From an uncultured bacterium (lineage in GTDB: Bacteria; Bacillota; Clostridia; Christensenellales; HGM11417): a DNA stretch of 64,000 nucleotides. Positions 62,367-64,000 of the stretch are shown here, piece by piece. The position numbers were made by a program, and so were the translations under genes. Position 1 is the first letter of the stretch. Each line of letters begins with the position of its first letter. The stretch spans positions 60,726 to 124,725 of the forward strand of contig CAJMQN010000006.1 of NCBI GenBank assembly GCA_905215695.1. Reading direction: 5' to 3'. The notes below the pieces were generated by a model. That model saw only the letters and a list, made by a program, of their open reading frames with translations, did not search any database and was not told the DNA's origin.

Positions 62367-63215
62367 ATGAACTGTAAGCGAAATTATAAACCGCTCTATC
62401 TCTGCTGTTCGGTCCTGTTCGGACTGTATGCGCTGTCACTTATCTTTCCTTTCGTCTATATTCTGCTCAATTCCTTTAAGACAAACGGAGAATTTATCGA
62501 CAACGTTTGGTCGCTGCCTCAAAAACTATTTGCTCAAGGGGAGATTTTCAAAAACTACGCCGTTGCACTCACCGAGTCCGGACTCGTCGATATGATTATC
62601 AATTCCGTCGTTCTGACCGTCTTCGGAACCGTGCTCTCCACGCTCTTTCCCGTGATGGTCGCCTATATCCTCGCAAAGTACAGATTTCGGTTCAGCGGCT
62701 TTATCTTTACGCTTGCAATCGTCTTTATGGTCATACCAAACGTAGGCACTGCCGTCGCGACCTATGAACTTTTTAAGGAATTCAATCTCCTCGACACCTA
62801 TCAGGGGGTCATTTTGCTCTATGCAGCACCCTTCGGCGCATTCTTTCTTCTGCTGTACGGCTATTTCAAGGGAATCGCCTGGTCGTATGCCGAGGCCGCT
62901 TTCATCGACGGCGCGAGCGACCTGCGGGTATTTGCGGAAATCATGATTCCGCAGGCATGGCCCGGAATCAGCGCGGTTCTTCTGCTCAACGGGATTAACA
63001 CATGGAACGACTATTACAATCCGTACATGTTTATGCCGAGCGCAAAAACTGTCTCTACGGGGATTCAGAACATGTCCTTTAACGCTACGAGCACGGGCGC
63101 TTATACCGAACTCTTTGCCGCTATGATTGTTTCACTCATTCCTGTCGTCACGGTCTTTATCCTGACGCAGAAGGTTCTCATGAACAATACGATGGCCGGC
63201 GGACTCAAGGGATAG
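62367..63215 (+). CDS. carbohydrate ABC transporter permease (MalG/LplC-type, paralogue of 45143-46003)
   Basis: 282 aa with the EAA loop EAAFIDGASDLRVFAEIMIPQA and the C-terminus NTMAGGLKG. Confidence 0.9.
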   Translation: MNCKRNYKPLYLCCSVLFGLYALSLIFPFVYILLNSFKTNGEFIDNVWSLPQKLFAQGEIFKNYAVALTESGLVDMIINSVVLTVFGTVLSTLFPVMVAYILAKYRFRFSGFIFTLAIVFMVIPNVGTAVATYELFKEFNLLDTYQGVILLYAAPFGAFFLLLYGYFKGIAWSYAEAAFIDGASDLRVFAEIMIPQAWPGISAVLLLNGINTWNDYYNPYMFMPSAKTVSTGIQNMSFNATSTGAYTELFAAMIVSLIPVVTVFILTQKVLMNNTMAGGLKG

Positions 63216-63249
63216 CCGACATCAAATATAAAATCGATAGGAGGGAACT

Positions 63250-64000
63250 ATGAAGAAAAAGTTGGTTGGTCTGTTTGCTGCGCTCGTTCTCACGGTCACA
63301 GCCGCCGGGGGATGCGGCGGAGAAGAACGCAAGTTCGAGGAGTACGCGGATTCCGAGGAATTCCGTTTCTATGCCTACATGACGCCGCCGCCCGCTAATA
63401 CCGGCACGGGAGAACTTTCGGGGAATCCTGATTTTATGACGGATGAACAGTACGGGTATGTGGCAGAATGCGGGTTCAATTACGCCATTCCCATCTATGA
63501 GGGGAGTCTCGAGAATAACCTCAAGGCGATGGACGGACTTGCTAAATACGGAATCAAATTTTTTCCGTACGACAATTCGCTCGCCGCGCTTGCGGGTATG
63601 CTCAACGAAGAGGAACCGGATTCCTCCGCGGTCGAGACGACAAAGGCAAATATCGCGGCAAATATGGAGAAGTATCTCGAACGGGAAAACTTCGCGGGAA
63701 TCTATGCGTCCGATGAACCGAGCGCGGCGCTTTTTCCCGGTCTGAAGGCGGCGGGGGAATATTTCAAAACCTTTGGAAGCGGGGAGTGGTGGATCAACGT
63801 ACATCCCAATTCCGCGTCCCTGACCATTTTAGGCGCGGAGAGCTATGTCGCGTATCTCGACGACTATGCCAAAAATTCCTCGATTCAGCGCATGAGTTTC
63901 GACAGCTACCCTCTCATGAACGACGGACTCAAGGAGGGACACCTCGCAAACCTCGGTCAGGTCGCCGCGGTGGCGAAAGCGAACGGTCTGGATTTTGATT
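63250..64000 (+). CDS. lipoprotein, TIM-barrel glycoside-hydrolase-like paralogue of 49948-51333 (3' end outside the window, not in the ORF track)
   Basis: ATG at 63250 follows ggaggg. The frame is open to nt 64000. The product starts MKKKLVGLFAALVLTVTAAGGC-GGEE (lipobox), then ..MTDEQYGYVAECGFNYAIP..GIYASDEPS..MSFDSYPL.., collinear with the 49948 ORF. Confidence 0.7.
   Translation, partial: MKKKLVGLFAALVLTVTAAGGCGGEERKFEEYADSEEFRFYAYMTPPPANTGTGELSGNPDFMTDEQYGYVAECGFNYAIPIYEGSLENNLKAMDGLAKYGIKFFPYDNSLAALAGMLNEEEPDSSAVETTKANIAANMEKYLERENFAGIYASDEPSAALFPGLKAAGEYFKTFGSGEWWINVHPNSASLTILGAESYVAYLDDYAKNSSIQRMSFDSYPLMNDGLKEGHLANLGQVAAVAKANGLDFD

Overview
Chromosomal segment of a fairly GC-rich Clostridia-type Firmicute (Bacillota). 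I found no rRNA, tRNA, CRISPR array, transposase or integrase. **nt 1-28,150** is conserved housekeeping synteny, all on the + strand: queA (partial), tgt, yajC, a small membrane protein, a 55-aa SCIFF ranthipeptide precursor missing from the ORF track plus its radical-SAM/SPASM maturase, a gamma-CA-like protein, secD, secF, recJ, relA/spoT, an MBL hydrolase, a hemZ-like radical SAM protein, a hypothetical membrane protein, rpsO, pnp, a pdaB-like deacetylase, an M16 peptidase, ftsK/spoIIIE, rimO, pgsA, a cinA-like gene, recA and rny. **nt 28,150-64,000** is accessory. It holds two cytoplasmic rhamnosidase-like six-hairpin hydrolases. It also holds a minus-strand module: an Rrf2 regulator, a frameshifted YwnB-like NAD(P)H-binding gene, a macrodomain-linked sirtuin (SirTM) and a macrodomain hydrolase. 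Next come a TetR-controlled ABC-2 exporter with two ATPase genes and a Gfo/Idh/MocA plus xylose-isomerase-like TIM-barrel pair. The rest is a large glycan-utilisation region with two paralogous AraC regulators, a GH20-like enzyme, a GH13 enzyme, sugar ABC permeases and a binding protein, paralogous TIM-barrel-like lipoproteins, a secreted ComEC-type MBL protein, and two large secreted proteins (778 and 1351 aa). **Most interesting observations:** (1) Both large secreted proteins end in the same tripartite tail (Gly/Cys motif GCGKG, a hydrophobic helix, then basic residues). This looks like a C-terminal sorting signal with no cognate sorting enzyme in the window. (2) A structured inverted-repeat element of about 100 nt, with one compensatory change between copies, fills the gap just upstream of two operons in the glycan region. 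(3) An almost identical operator (GTTGTAA-N9-TTACAAC centred on a TTGACA -35) sits on both the rrf2 promoter and the promoter of the YwnB-like/SirTM/macro operon. This ties an orphan reversible ADP-ribosylation pair, which lacks GcvH-L and LplA2 neighbours, to a redox-type regulator. (4) The 1351-aa protein contains an uncharacterised tandem domain of about 130-147 aa. All family assignments come from motif recognition by eye. No database search was run.
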